Virus record (IMG/VR): IMGVR_UViG_3300033068_000713
Coordinates: 9,507 to 73,506 of that record
Reading direction: 5' to 3' (one strand)
Length of the DNA: 64,000 nucleotides
DNA from: a virus
Taxonomy: Duplodnaviria > Caudoviricetes
Part shown: piece by piece, positions 45,918 through 56,114 of the stretch
How positions within the stretch are numbered: the first letter of the stretch is position 1
How the letters are laid out: the number at the start of each line of letters is the position of its first letter
Program-made: the position numbers and the translations under genes
Notes under the pieces: model-generated
Seen by the model: only the letters and a program-made list of their open reading frames with translations
Told to the model about the DNA's origin: nothing
Database searches by the model: none

Positions 45918-48254
45918 ATGGCTCTCCGCTCTCCCGTTCCCCAACTCCTCCCTATCGTAACTGACGAGGGACAGCCGATTAAGGGCTCCCGTGTTGCTGA
46001 CGCTGCGAGCGCGGTTTCGATCTACACCGCAATCCGGTTGAGGAATCAAGCGTACATGCTGAACCAGACGAAGGTTCAAATGGGGCTGGACGGGATGCCT
46101 CCTTATGATCCCGCTAAACTCCGCGCAACACAGCAAGCCGGGATAGCCAACATCAACACAGGACGACTGAAGGCGATTGTCGAAGAAGCCTCTCTCCCGA
46201 TCCTGGATCAGATTAACGGTGTCCAGACCTTCATTAATCTGGCCTACAACACAGACGGCGACGAAGACTTGAGCGATCAAGCCGCTACGGTGGAAGAGGA
46301 GCACTTCGCATTGCTTTCCCGTTCCCGGTGGTTCAACTACGAGAAACAGCGCCTCGTCCTTCAGCTTGCCGCACACGGAGTCGTCGTTACGTACTTCCCA
46401 GACCCGTATTGCTGGGAATGGAAATCAGAACCCTTGGGGCAGTTTATGATCCCTATGCAGACGGAGGCCAATGAAGATTCGGTCGAAGTCGCCTGCATGG
46501 TTCGCAGCATGAACCCTAGTTCTTTGATCGGGTACCTGGACTCTCCCGACCCGAACTGGAACAAAGAAGCGATTCGGAAGGCTTTGATGGCCGCTTCGCC
46601 AGACCAACCCCGCTACGACGATTACGCGGCTTACGAGGCAAAGTGGAAGGCAAACGACATCTATTACAACTCCGTTCTGCCGAAGATTCGGGTTGTCCAC
46701 ATGTGGGTTCGCGAGTCCGACGATGCGGTTTCCTACTTCATTTTCCCAGAAAGCGGAGCACAACAGGAGTACCTGTACAAAGGTATTCGCCGTTACCAGT
46801 CCCAGAGAGAAGCATTCCAAATCTTTTCCTTCGATGTCGGCACAGACGGGTATTACCATTCCATCCGAGGGGTTGCGTTCAAGGCTCTAACCCTCGTTAC
46901 CGAAATCAACCGGGTTCTCTCCAGCTTCCTCGACGGATTACGGTTGTCTTCCAAATTGGTTCTGAAGCCAACGAACGAAGATGCGCTCCAAAACCTGAAC
47001 TTTATGGAGCACGGAGCCTTCTTGGTTCTTCCCCCAGAGCTTGAGGCGCAGACGAGTGTTTTCCCGAACTTCGCGCAAAGTCTGCTTCCTGGCATGAACA
47101 TCCTAAACGGATTGATTGCCCAAAACCTCCCCGGTGTTCCTGCTCAACAGCAGGCGGAAATGTCAGGCGATGCCCGCAAGACCAAAGCGGAGATCATGCA
47201 GAACGTCCAGCAGTTGGCCTACTTCGGTCAAGGACAGAGCGAAATTTTCATGCAGAAGTGGGAGTCGCTGATGATCGAGCAGCTTCGCCGAATTCTCCGT
47301 AAGGACTACAAAAAGGAGGAAAAAGGTGGAGAAGAGATTGCCGAGTTCCGCAGGCGTTGCAAAGAACGTGGCGTTACCGACGAGTTCTGGGACAAGATCG
47401 ACCTTTCCCGCACGACCGCAGAAAGAGCTTTGGGAGCAGGTTCCGCCCAACAGCAGTTCTTCGCCATGCAAACCATGCAGGAGTACATGGACCGGGGCTA
47501 CTACGACGAACAGGGTAAGCTCAACATCATCAAGGAATCCACCCGACTTGTTGCAGGCCGCGAAAAAGCGAACTCCTACTGCGGAAACCAGAAAGCGCAA
47601 CGTCCGGTCCAGGATACCAAGAACGCCGAGTTCGAGAACAAGTTCATGGCGCAAGGGATTGCCTGTCAGGTCTACGACAACGACAACAACTCTGCCCATG
47701 CCGCTGCTCACATCGGAGGCAATTCCGAGATTCCGACCGAAAGCCTGTTCGACGATGCCGGAGCTTTGGACGAAGCAGTTCAATACGGAGACGACGATGC
47801 TGTTCTTCGGATTGTGCCTGCTATGCAAATGAAGTTGGAGCACACAGCCGTCCATGTCGAGCGGATGGCGGATGGTCCTCAAGCGGCTCAATATCGCCAG
47901 ATTCTCCAGCAAATTGGCGGAACCTTGGAAAATGCCCAGAAGAAGGCTTCCAAGATCATGAAGGAGCGAGACCAAGCCCAGCAGCAGGCAATGGAAGAAG
48001 AGGGCGCAATGGCTCAGGAGCAACAGCAAAACTACGCTCACGACTCTTACAACCTCACCCGAGACCTCGCAAAGACTCGTATCGAGATCGCAGCGATGCA
48101 GCAGAAGCAGAATCTTACCCTTGAGTTCCAAGCCCGAGAAGGCCAGCAGAAGCTCAGGCAACGGGATTTGGAAGCGGCTCAAGAGCTGTCCTTCAATCTC
48201 GCCAAGAAAGCCCTAGAGCCTAAGCCAACGAACGGCGCACAAAAGACTGCATGA
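45918..48254 (+). CDS. portal (head-tail connector) protein
   Basis: 778 aa from ATG 45918; Q-rich helical C-terminal barrel as in P22/T7-type portals; upstream of scaffold. Confidence 0.75.
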   Translation: MALRSPVPQLLPIVTDEGQPIKGSRVADAASAVSIYTAIRLRNQAYMLNQTKVQMGLDGMPPYDPAKLRATQQAGIANINTGRLKAIVEEASLPILDQINGVQTFINLAYNTDGDEDLSDQAATVEEEHFALLSRSRWFNYEKQRLVLQLAAHGVVVTYFPDPYCWEWKSEPLGQFMIPMQTEANEDSVEVACMVRSMNPSSLIGYLDSPDPNWNKEAIRKALMAASPDQPRYDDYAAYEAKWKANDIYYNSVLPKIRVVHMWVRESDDAVSYFIFPESGAQQEYLYKGIRRYQSQREAFQIFSFDVGTDGYYHSIRGVAFKALTLVTEINRVLSSFLDGLRLSSKLVLKPTNEDALQNLNFMEHGAFLVLPPELEAQTSVFPNFAQSLLPGMNILNGLIAQNLPGVPAQQQAEMSGDARKTKAEIMQNVQQLAYFGQGQSEIFMQKWESLMIEQLRRILRKDYKKEEKGGEEIAEFRRRCKERGVTDEFWDKIDLSRTTAERALGAGSAQQQFFAMQTMQEYMDRGYYDEQGKLNIIKESTRLVAGREKANSYCGNQKAQRPVQDTKNAEFENKFMAQGIACQVYDNDNNSAHAAAHIGGNSEIPTESLFDDAGALDEAVQYGDDDAVLRIVPAMQMKLEHTAVHVERMADGPQAAQYRQILQQIGGTLENAQKKASKIMKERDQAQQQAMEEEGAMAQEQQQNYAHDSYNLTRDLAKTRIEIAAMQQKQNLTLEFQAREGQQKLRQRDLEAAQELSFNLAKKALEPKPTNGAQKTA

Positions 48255-48718
48255 GTAAAAAAGCCACAAAGAAAGTAGCGAAGAAGGCGGCATCTAAGCC
48301 AAAGCCGTTTGTTTCTCTTCCTCAGTTGGAAAAGACCCTTCCAGTATTTGACCCTCCATCTTGGGAGCCGATCATCCCTCCCGCTTCCTCCTTTCCGACT
48401 ATCCAGCAATGGACAGCTAAACGGAAACAGGAACTTCAGTCGATCATGCTTGGCTCTACGGTTCAAGCTGCACTCAATCTCGTCCGCCAGAAACGCCTCC
48501 AGGAAGTCACAACGCCCAACTACTCCCGAACAGGTTCCGACCTCGTAGCGTTCGATTCTGCAAGCCACAACGAAACGAAAGGCTGGTTCCGGTGTCTGGA
48601 ATATCTGGAGAGCCTTTACACCGCAAAGCCGCTTGTCGAGACTCCTCCTGAACCGGAAGCCTACGACGACGAGTACGCCGCTAGAACCCTCAGAGAAAAA
48701 GAATCAGAAACGCTATGA
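48251..48718 (+). CDS. hypothetical head-region protein
   Basis: coupled to portal. Confidence 0.7.
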   Translation: MSKKATKKVAKKAASKPKPFVSLPQLEKTLPVFDPPSWEPIIPPASSFPTIQQWTAKRKQELQSIMLGSTVQAALNLVRQKRLQEVTTPNYSRTGSDLVAFDSASHNETKGWFRCLEYLESLYTAKPLVETPPEPEAYDDEYAARTLREKESETL

Positions 48719-48912
48719 AAACAAGGATAATTCAAAGAAGCCAATACATTTTTCAGCCACAGTGGAGATTCAAATGGATTCCAATTTGGTTTCCATTTTT
48801 AGGAGGCGACATTGACACATATCAATCTTTTGAAACGCTAGAGCAGGCCAGGGAGTTCTTGACTGAGAAGCCCGACAATATTCAGTACCCAATCATTCAC
48901 AAATCCCTATAA
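48715..48912 (+). CDS. hypothetical protein
   Basis: coupled ORF. Confidence 0.6.
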   Translation: MKTRIIQRSQYIFQPQWRFKWIPIWFPFLGGDIDTYQSFETLEQAREFLTEKPDNIQYPIIHKSL

Positions 48913-48918
48913 ACCGCT

Positions 48919-50205
48919 ATGTCCGAAGCCGCCGTTATTGATACCCCGATCACCTCCCCTGAAATGAAGGGGCAGTTGTTGCCAGAGCTTTTCAAGGCCG
49001 CTCAAGCCAACGAAGCTCGTCAACAGCAAGCCGCTGATCAGGTCAACCGTCCTGACCGAAACCAGATCAAGGCCGATCCTTCTCCTGTTGAGCCCATCGT
49101 CAAAGATGAGCCAGCCAAGGAAACACCCGAGAAGAAGACTCCGCTCAAGGTCAACAAGAGCAATCCGATGGAAAGCCTCCGGTCTACTACGACTGAGCAG
49201 AAGGAGACCCCTTCCGGTGAAGTGGATCAGGCTGCGATTGATGCTGCGGTTGACTCAGAGTTTAGCGACGACAGCCAGAATAAGCCGGGCGGATGGAAAA
49301 GTCTTAAGACTTCGCTCAAATCGGAGAAGGCTCGCGCTCAGCAGTTTGAACGCACCAATGCCCAACTCCGTCAGGAACTCGAATCCCTCAAAAAGAACCC
49401 AGTCACTTCCGAAGCATCGCCTGACATCGAGGCGCTGAGAAAGGAATACGAGGAGCTGAAGGGCGCTAACGCCATCGCGGCATGGCAGACTAGCAAGGAG
49501 TACAAGGAAGGTATCCTGACGCCTCTAAACAAGGCTTACGGCTATGTCGATGGACTCGCCAAGAAGTATGAAATCTCCGAGCACGAAATCGGGAAAGCCC
49601 TTCAAGCCGAGAACCGCTTCGACCGGAACGAAATCCTGGATGGACTTCTGAGTTCCTCTTCGATGTCAGCGACCAATCAGCGGGATTTCCTTGCTGCGAT
49701 TGACCAGATTTACGATCTGGAAGCGAAGAAGGCGGAAGGCTTCTCCAAGGCTAACGAGCTTTACCAAGCCACTCTCGCCAACCGGAATCAAGAGGCCGAG
49801 CAGATGACGAAGGCTCAAATGGCCGAATTGACTGCTGCTAGCAAGGATGCCCTGAAGTCCGTTCGCGCTTCCGAAGGCTTCTCTGATATTGTGGATGAAT
49901 CGACTTGGGGTGAATACGAAGGTTTTGTGCAGGAGTACCTGACCACGCCTTCTGTCCGCACACCTCAGTTGGACGCCTACAACGTGGCTGCTGGGTATCT
50001 CCTTCCCAATGCGCAGGAGAAGATTATCGAGCTTCAGAAGGAACTCGCCTCCTACAAGGAATCCCTCAAGAAGTACTCCAACGGAGGTCCTGCTGCGGGA
50101 GCTGGTTCGGTCACTTCAACCACGGATCAACGCCAAGGCCCAGCCAGCATGAGTGATGTCGGCAGAATGCTTGGTGAGGCGACACGAGGACTTCGGGGGC
50201 GATAA
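48919..50205 (+). CDS. capsid scaffolding protein (putative)
   Basis: disordered acidic N-terminus, long coiled coils, head-gene context. Confidence 0.65.
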   Translation: MSEAAVIDTPITSPEMKGQLLPELFKAAQANEARQQQAADQVNRPDRNQIKADPSPVEPIVKDEPAKETPEKKTPLKVNKSNPMESLRSTTTEQKETPSGEVDQAAIDAAVDSEFSDDSQNKPGGWKSLKTSLKSEKARAQQFERTNAQLRQELESLKKNPVTSEASPDIEALRKEYEELKGANAIAAWQTSKEYKEGILTPLNKAYGYVDGLAKKYEISEHEIGKALQAENRFDRNEILDGLLSSSSMSATNQRDFLAAIDQIYDLEAKKAEGFSKANELYQATLANRNQEAEQMTKAQMAELTAASKDALKSVRASEGFSDIVDESTWGEYEGFVQEYLTTPSVRTPQLDAYNVAAGYLLPNAQEKIIELQKELASYKESLKKYSNGGPAAGAGSVTSTTDQRQGPASMSDVGRMLGEATRGLRGR

Positions 50206-50210
50206 CTTTT

Positions 50211-50429
50211 ATGAAAGCATCAGAACTCAAATCAATCATCGAACACACCCTTGCGACAGAGGGTGACATGGATGTCGAAATCTCCATCGTTCTACCCGCT
50301 GAAAAAGACCTAGCGGAAAATCCAGAATTAAAGGATCAAAAATGCTCCTTTTCTTTTGCAGGATTTTGTGATGTGGAAGATCGCGGACTGGACGGTAAAT
50401 TCCTCTCGATTAGAGATTGGCCGTATTAA
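50211..50429 (+). CDS. hypothetical protein
   Basis: 72-aa ORF. Confidence 0.6.
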   Translation: MKASELKSIIEHTLATEGDMDVEISIVLPAEKDLAENPELKDQKCSFSFAGFCDVEDRGLDGKFLSIRDWPY

Positions 50430-51040
50430 TGCTAAAGCTCAACACATCCGGCGAAACTCCTCCTGGAGGTTGGAAATACCTCTCGGAGAACGGCGTTCCT
50501 TTTCCCGATAAAGGAGAAGGGATGATCCATGGGTTTGATGTGTTGCAGGCCAAGGTAATGGAACACCGCAAAGCCACAGGCGGGGATTTGGATGTTGGGT
50601 GGCTGGAGAGGTTTATCGACGAACTCTGCCGCCAGAATCCCGAGTATCCCTGTGTTCACGAAGCGCCGTACAGCGAGAGGAAGATCGGGTTGCCGGAAGT
50701 TAAGAGGTTTGTGTTTGCCGTGCAGAAATTCATCGAGTCGGGAGGTAAAGTTGTTTCCCGAGAAAAGGCGAATGAGCGAGCGGCTATCTGCAAACGGTGC
50801 CCGAAAAATATAGAGCTGGGAGGATGCTTAGGATGTACAACGGTTCTGAGTGTGGCATCTAGCCTAATCCCCAACATTGAAACAGATCACGACCTTTATT
50901 TGCGCAGTTGTGGAGTGTGCGGTTGCGTTTTACGAACCAAGGTCTGGCTCCCTGTAGAGGTGATGCCGGAGGATACCGTTAAGCCCGAAGACTGGCCTAG
51001 CTGGTGCTGGGTCAAAAATGAGCTACAAGAACAATCATGA
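50429..51040 (+). CDS. Cys-rich (multi-CxxC) protein
   Basis: PPGGW.Y; C..CP.N, C.GC, C.VCGC.L..KVW.P. Confidence 0.7.
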   Translation: MLKLNTSGETPPGGWKYLSENGVPFPDKGEGMIHGFDVLQAKVMEHRKATGGDLDVGWLERFIDELCRQNPEYPCVHEAPYSERKIGLPEVKRFVFAVQKFIESGGKVVSREKANERAAICKRCPKNIELGGCLGCTTVLSVASSLIPNIETDHDLYLRSCGVCGCVLRTKVWLPVEVMPEDTVKPEDWPSWCWVKNELQEQS

Positions 51041-51318
51041 ATATCAACAAAGCCAGTTTTACAGAAATCCTCGAAGAAGCGGGAATAAACCGAAAGAAGC
51101 TCATCAGCGAAGTTCTCGCTCGTGCTATCCTGAGCCGAGGAGTCGATCTAAACTTCCTGGATGTCAGCCGCATGAGCCGAGACCGTAAAACGGACGGAAC
51201 GGAGATTCACTTTCTGGACGACCGACCGATTGCCGAGTTTTACCCATTCAAGGTTAACGAAGAAACCGGGAATGTCGAAATGGGCTACAAGGAATTTGAA
51301 CTTGAGGAGGCTCCATGA
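51037..51318 (+). CDS. hypothetical protein
   Basis: coupled ORF. Confidence 0.6.
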   Translation: MNINKASFTEILEEAGINRKKLISEVLARAILSRGVDLNFLDVSRMSRDRKTDGTEIHFLDDRPIAEFYPFKVNEETGNVEMGYKEFELEEAP

Positions 51319-51421
51319 AAGCTATCGGAGCCTTTATCACTTGGTTTGCAGTCGGGGCGCTGATTATGGTCGGACTGATCGGGATGGCGCTTTTGGCTTT
51401 TAAGGCGGGAGCGTTGCTGCG

Positions 51422-52036
51422 TTAGCCCCACTGTTCAGCCATAGCCTCTGCGACAAGAGGAAATGTACGGCTGCGGTCTTTCCATCGGTTGGGTCCAGGA
51501 CTTGCTCGATGAATTTTAGACCATTTCTTATGCTCTTCCGTTCCTAATTTTGGAGGAGCTAGCTTATTGGTTGGAGCAAGCTCAGGCAAGCCATGAAGCT
51601 CAAATCCGGTCGCCTTAAAGGCTTTCTCTCCAAACCACCACGGCTGCACTATCTGCCGCTTTTCCGGCGAGGCTATTCTTGATCTGGCGTATTTGTGCAT
51701 GATCGGATTCTCGATGGCTTTGCGTGGAATCTTGGCGTCACGAAGGGCTTTGTAGAACTCACAAGCCTCCTCCAATTCTTCCCACATCTGATCGAGCGTC
51801 TTTCCTGATGGGGCAGCTTTAAGCCAGCGAACGCCGCTATTGGTCAAGCGAGTGCAAGGTGGATGGGCAATCATTTGATCCCAGCCGTCATCCAAAATAT
51901 CCAAGACGTTTCCTTGAATATGGTAAGTCGGATCAGCTTCGCATGGGAGCAAGTCGCAGGACCAGGCATCGTGCCCCTTGCGACGAAAAGCATCGCGAAC
52001 CGTTCCTGAAAATTCACAGGCAATTAAGACTTTCAT
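51422..52036 (-). CDS. phage DNA cytosine methyltransferase-like protein
   Basis: MKVL.ACE.SG.VR.AF...GHDAWSCD, IAHPPCT, IENP, RS.TF..VA.AMA.QWG. Confidence 0.85.
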   Translation of the reverse strand: MKVLIACEFSGTVRDAFRRKGHDAWSCDLLPCEADPTYHIQGNVLDILDDGWDQMIAHPPCTRLTNSGVRWLKAAPSGKTLDQMWEELEEACEFYKALRDAKIPRKAIENPIMHKYARSRIASPEKRQIVQPWWFGEKAFKATGFELHGLPELAPTNKLAPPKLGTEEHKKWSKIHRASPGPNRWKDRSRTFPLVAEAMAEQWG

Positions 52037-52067
52037 GTTCTTTTTCTTTATTTTTCTCTATACTAGA

Positions 52068-52511
52068 TCAGAAGGGGATGCTTTGATCGTCCCAGTCATC
52101 GCTTGGCTTATTAGCCGGAGTCGAGCTTCTTGCGGCTTGACGCTGCTCTTGACGGGGAGCTTGGTTGCTTGAATCGCCGTCTCGCTTGCCGCCAATGAAT
52201 TGAAAGCCTTCCACCACCAGGACGAGTTTGCTGCGCTTCTGTCCGTCTTTCTCCCAAGATTCGGTTTTCAGGCGTCCGGTCACAAAAATAGGATCACCCT
52301 TCTTGAGGTGCTGGCTAATGACTTCACCAGTCTTGGCCCAGGCAGCGCAGTCAATCCAAGCCACTTCTTCTCGCTGCTCCCCATTTGCGGCTTTATACTT
52401 GTGAGTGACGCCGATACAAAAGTTGCAGATGGCGACTCCGCTAGGGGCAAATTTACATTCTGGATCACGAGCCAAATGGCCCATTACGGTGGACGAATTA
52501 TAGTTCGGCAT
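52068..52511 (-). CDS. ssb: single-stranded DNA-binding protein
   Basis: GHL.RDPE.K, W.DC.AW, G.L....W, acidic tail DDQSIPF. Confidence 0.95.
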   Translation of the reverse strand: MPNYNSSTVMGHLARDPECKFAPSGVAICNFCIGVTHKYKAANGEQREEVAWIDCAAWAKTGEVISQHLKKGDPIFVTGRLKTESWEKDGQKRSKLVLVVEGFQFIGGKRDGDSSNQAPRQEQRQAARSSTPANKPSDDWDDQSIPF

Positions 52512-52656
52512 AACAAAAAAAGTAGCGCACCCTATCTTCCCGAGCCCACTTCAACGTAGGGAGTCTATTGCAAAGCGGTATGAAGGACCGTGACTCGGAA
52601 CTTTGCGCTGCTCCAAGTCTAGCGACAGTTCACAGGGGCGCAACTAAATAAACGCC

Positions 52657-54558
52657 TTATTGCCAGAATATTGAGGATTCCCCGCTGTACGTCAGCCCTT
52701 CCGAAAGAGCGGAAATGGACTTCTCATAAGCCTGTTTGACGACTCGGCTTTTTCCGTTGACTAGATCGCGCTTGGGGCGTTCCAGGGTGACAAAGCCCAT
52801 GCGAAATCTTGCGACATCTACAAGCCCGCAGAAAGCATCGCCCAAGTCGGGGGATCGAAGAGTGCGCTCTTTCATCTTCTCCTTGCTCTCCACCTTGATC
52901 TTGTCGCGCTGCTGGGTGTCCTTGCCCGATGTTCTGGAAGTGAGTTCCACAATTAGTTCGGCGGTCATGCCTTTGATCTGACCCATACGCATCAAAGACT
53001 TGGGAGCCCACCAGAGTTCATCGACCTTCTTGGCATAGTGGTTCTTGGCTGGCCCTTCAGACTTTGTGACGGGCTTATCTGAAGGCCCTGCTCCAAAGTT
53101 CACCTGGAGTACTCGTGGAGACCAAATGGCAGAAAGGATGGAGTAGAACTGCGACCCTGTACTATCCACCCCGGCATGTTCTGGTGAGATGTTTCTGGCA
53201 ATGCACCAGTCTTTGTAGATGTGAGCGAGTCGGGTTGGCTTGTCTTCGCTTTCAAAGATGCCGCGATCAAGCTGTTCGATCTCCTTAATGTTTAAGACTT
53301 TCTTGGTAACACCGTTGATGCGGGCAAGTCCAAGTTGTCCATAAATCGCCATGGCCCTATCCCCTCCGTGAGAGAAGGAAGGGTCAAGGAAGGCGCAAGG
53401 AGTCGGAGGTTGAATCCACTCTTTATCGACTTTGTGATCGCACTGCCAAGCGAGGATTTCGCCCTCGGAATAGATGCAGTCCAGAGAGCCTGTTGGACTC
53501 CAGAACCCACGGTACATCTGGTAGTACTGCTTGCTGTTTTCACCCCACTTGATCTTGGCGTCTTCCAATTCCTCTTCACGCAGAAGTCCTCGAAACTTTG
53601 CATAGCCCGCTACGACATTTGGGGATTTATGGCCGTCCAGTCGAAGCACGTAAGCGCCACCCTTGGCTCTCCACTCCATCGAATCCAGATCAACTGAAGA
53701 CCATCCATTCTCCGGCTCACACATCTTTCCGGCAGGATCGAAGTGGCACTCAGGGTTGAATGCTCCGGTAATGTCTGCGTTCGGATTGGCTCGAATGTTG
53801 GAGTTGAAAGTGTTGACGAGACCGTGATCCAGCGTTGCCACTTCGTCCAGGATACCGATCAGCCTGTCTCGCTTGTAACCCTGCACCTTTGCGGCTGAAT
53901 CCTTCGCCTTGCTCACATCGCCAGCGATCAGCTCAAGACCAGCCTTTTCGGTTTCTGTGCCTTCTAGGGAATATTTGATGATGCCCTGCTGGAGGAGTTT
54001 TCCGGGTAGCCATTGTTCCCAGTTTGTAATGTCGGCCCCGTAAGACTTGGCGATTGCCATTCCTGCTTGCTGCCAACATTCAGAGATGGAGCCCCAAATC
54101 TTACCTCGGGAGCTTTTGAGGGAAACGGAAGTTACGAGAACTTTGGTCGCAAATGGGTCGAGGAGGAAGTTGGTGATCCCCCATACACAGATAGCCTCGG
54201 TCTTTCCTGAGCTGGCGCACCCTGCCACCATGAGGATTTTCTCGGACATTTTCAGTTCGATAATCCGCTCCGCATTGGGGTTCCACTCGAAAGGCCAGAT
54301 AGAATCCTCTTGTCCCCAAATTTCCGTTACCCACCGCTTGTAATGCTCAAAACGCGAGATGAATCCCGGCACATAGGACATATCCATATCCCACGTTGCA
54401 TTGCGGTACAGCTCCATTTCGATGCTCCACCTCGGCCTTGGGAAAACATCGGAGCTTCCACGAAGAGGAGAGCGGCCTTCCCACCATCTACCGTAATACC
54501 AGACTCGCCCTAGTTCGTCGATCTGCCCATCTTTGGGGCTTAGGTGGAGATTTGCCAT
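52657..54558 (-). CDS. terL: terminase large subunit
   Basis: Walker A GCASSGKT, Walker B ILDE, RNaseH-like FLDPS..GGD, SPD.GDAF. Confidence 0.85.
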   Translation of the reverse strand: MANLHLSPKDGQIDELGRVWYYGRWWEGRSPLRGSSDVFPRPRWSIEMELYRNATWDMDMSYVPGFISRFEHYKRWVTEIWGQEDSIWPFEWNPNAERIIELKMSEKILMVAGCASSGKTEAICVWGITNFLLDPFATKVLVTSVSLKSSRGKIWGSISECWQQAGMAIAKSYGADITNWEQWLPGKLLQQGIIKYSLEGTETEKAGLELIAGDVSKAKDSAAKVQGYKRDRLIGILDEVATLDHGLVNTFNSNIRANPNADITGAFNPECHFDPAGKMCEPENGWSSVDLDSMEWRAKGGAYVLRLDGHKSPNVVAGYAKFRGLLREEELEDAKIKWGENSKQYYQMYRGFWSPTGSLDCIYSEGEILAWQCDHKVDKEWIQPPTPCAFLDPSFSHGGDRAMAIYGQLGLARINGVTKKVLNIKEIEQLDRGIFESEDKPTRLAHIYKDWCIARNISPEHAGVDSTGSQFYSILSAIWSPRVLQVNFGAGPSDKPVTKSEGPAKNHYAKKVDELWWAPKSLMRMGQIKGMTAELIVELTSRTSGKDTQQRDKIKVESKEKMKERTLRSPDLGDAFCGLVDVARFRMGFVTLERPKRDLVNGKSRVVKQAYEKSISALSEGLTYSGESSIFWQ

Positions 54559-54824
54559 TTCACCATAGTTACCATCTGTTCAACCATTTTTAAAGAAAGT
54601 TGTGGACAAAAGTTCAGACTTGTAGAAAGATTTTACCGAGTTCTGGGAAAACTTCCGAAAAATCCCACCCGAGCAGTTCCGGTCTAAAGGCTGTACATCA
54701 ACCCAACGAGTTAAGCGTCAGGCATGATCCTGATGCGTTCGAGAAGCTCACTCGGACAGCCAACCTTCCGGCAAGGAAATGTCTCCTGCTGGGCAAACTC
54801 CAAACTTTTCAGCTTTTTCTCTTT

Positions 54825-56000
54825 ATGGCTATTCCCGCCAATATCACCGATACCCTGCTTCGCCTTACGGGCATTTTCGACGACCTCACTGTTCAACGTC
54901 AACGCGCCTCTTCCCCATGGTCCACCATGTCGAACAAAGGTGTGTTTGAGCCTGGCAAAGGTGTGGTTCGTACCGCTGTTCTCTTTGAACGCTCCGGTCC
55001 TACTACGACCTACGACTGGACTCCTGTCTCGGTCAATGACGGCTCTGGCAACTCTTGCGTACCTAACGCAGACATTATCAGCAACGCCAGCACGACCTAC
55101 ACCCACCAGCTCTATCAGAAGGCGATCAACTCGATCCGCTGGTGCTGGAACGACCTCTACACGGCTTGGGATGTGGAAGATCAGATTTATCAGATCGTCC
55201 GCAACTTCACGGCCTCTATCGTGGATGAATGGGAAAACTGGGATCGCGACAACTATGTCGCCATTGCGGCTCACAAGTGCGTGTTCTCCGGTGGAACCCT
55301 CATCGACAATGGCGCCACCAGCTTTGCTTTGACGACCCCCGACTCCTACGCCACTCCAGACTTGATGGATGAAGTGTATCAACGCCTCCTCCAGGACGGT
55401 GCTGACCATGAATCCGAAGTCGGCAAGGAGGACGGTGCGTCTGTGTTCATGCTGTTCCTCGGCTTTGAGCAATCCCGCGCTCTAGTCAAGGGCAACGAAG
55501 GCGTTCGTAATGACGTTCGCTGGAGTTCCGATGCCGATGAATTGCTGAAGCCTTTCAGCATCAAGCGTGTCCTCAACGGCTTCGCTCACATCGTCGATAC
55601 GAAGGCCCCTCGATACAACTTCACCGCAGGCGCTTGGGTTCGCGTTCCGTTCTACACCACTGCTGCTGCCACCAACGGCACCAAGCTGGTCGTGAACCCC
55701 GCTTACCAGACAGCCCTGTATGAAGATGTGATCGTGTTCCTTCGCAACGTGATGCGTCGTGAGATGCCTCAGCCGATGACTTCCTTTGGTAACGGAACGA
55801 GCTTTGATCGCCCCAACTTCACGGGTGACGTTCGCTGGCTGAACATCCCGAACGAAGAGATCAACCCTGATGGCAACATTGGGTTCTTCCGTGCGACTTT
55901 GCAGGCTTCAGCGAGACCGTTGAACCCCAACCTCGGGTACGCCATACGCACAAAACGCTGCCCCGGACAGCTAGCAAAAACTACCTGCACAGGCTCGTAA
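54825..56000 (+). CDS. major capsid protein (putative)
   Basis: 391 aa from ATG 54825; strongly biased codons; followed by terminator. Confidence 0.75.
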   Translation: MAIPANITDTLLRLTGIFDDLTVQRQRASSPWSTMSNKGVFEPGKGVVRTAVLFERSGPTTTYDWTPVSVNDGSGNSCVPNADIISNASTTYTHQLYQKAINSIRWCWNDLYTAWDVEDQIYQIVRNFTASIVDEWENWDRDNYVAIAAHKCVFSGGTLIDNGATSFALTTPDSYATPDLMDEVYQRLLQDGADHESEVGKEDGASVFMLFLGFEQSRALVKGNEGVRNDVRWSSDADELLKPFSIKRVLNGFAHIVDTKAPRYNFTAGAWVRVPFYTTAAATNGTKLVVNPAYQTALYEDVIVFLRNVMRREMPQPMTSFGNGTSFDRPNFTGDVRWLNIPNEEINPDGNIGFFRATLQASARPLNPNLGYAIRTKRCPGQLAKTTCTGS

Positions 56001-56052
56001 ATAATTCATTTAGAACGAGTTATGAGCTAATCTATAACTGCGTTTGATTGTT

Positions 56053-56093
56053 AGTCCGGTAGTCATTTTAATCATTTGATTGCCGGACTTTTT
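56053..56093 (+). terminator. intrinsic terminator overlapping a promoter
   Basis: AGTCCGGTAGTCA...TGATTGCCGGACT-TTTT; TTGATT-N16-TAAGAT at 56076-56103. Confidence 0.7.
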
Positions 56094-56114
56094 AGTGTAA
56101 GATTCCATATAATT

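Noticed and set aside
45819-48568. Long minus-strand ORFs such as 47163-48182
   Set aside because: Antisense shadows of the portal gene caused by its codon bias
54600-54824. 75-aa N-terminal extension of the capsid ORF in the track
   Set aside because: Starts at a non-ATG codon and spans the structured leader; composition is unlike the rest of the protein
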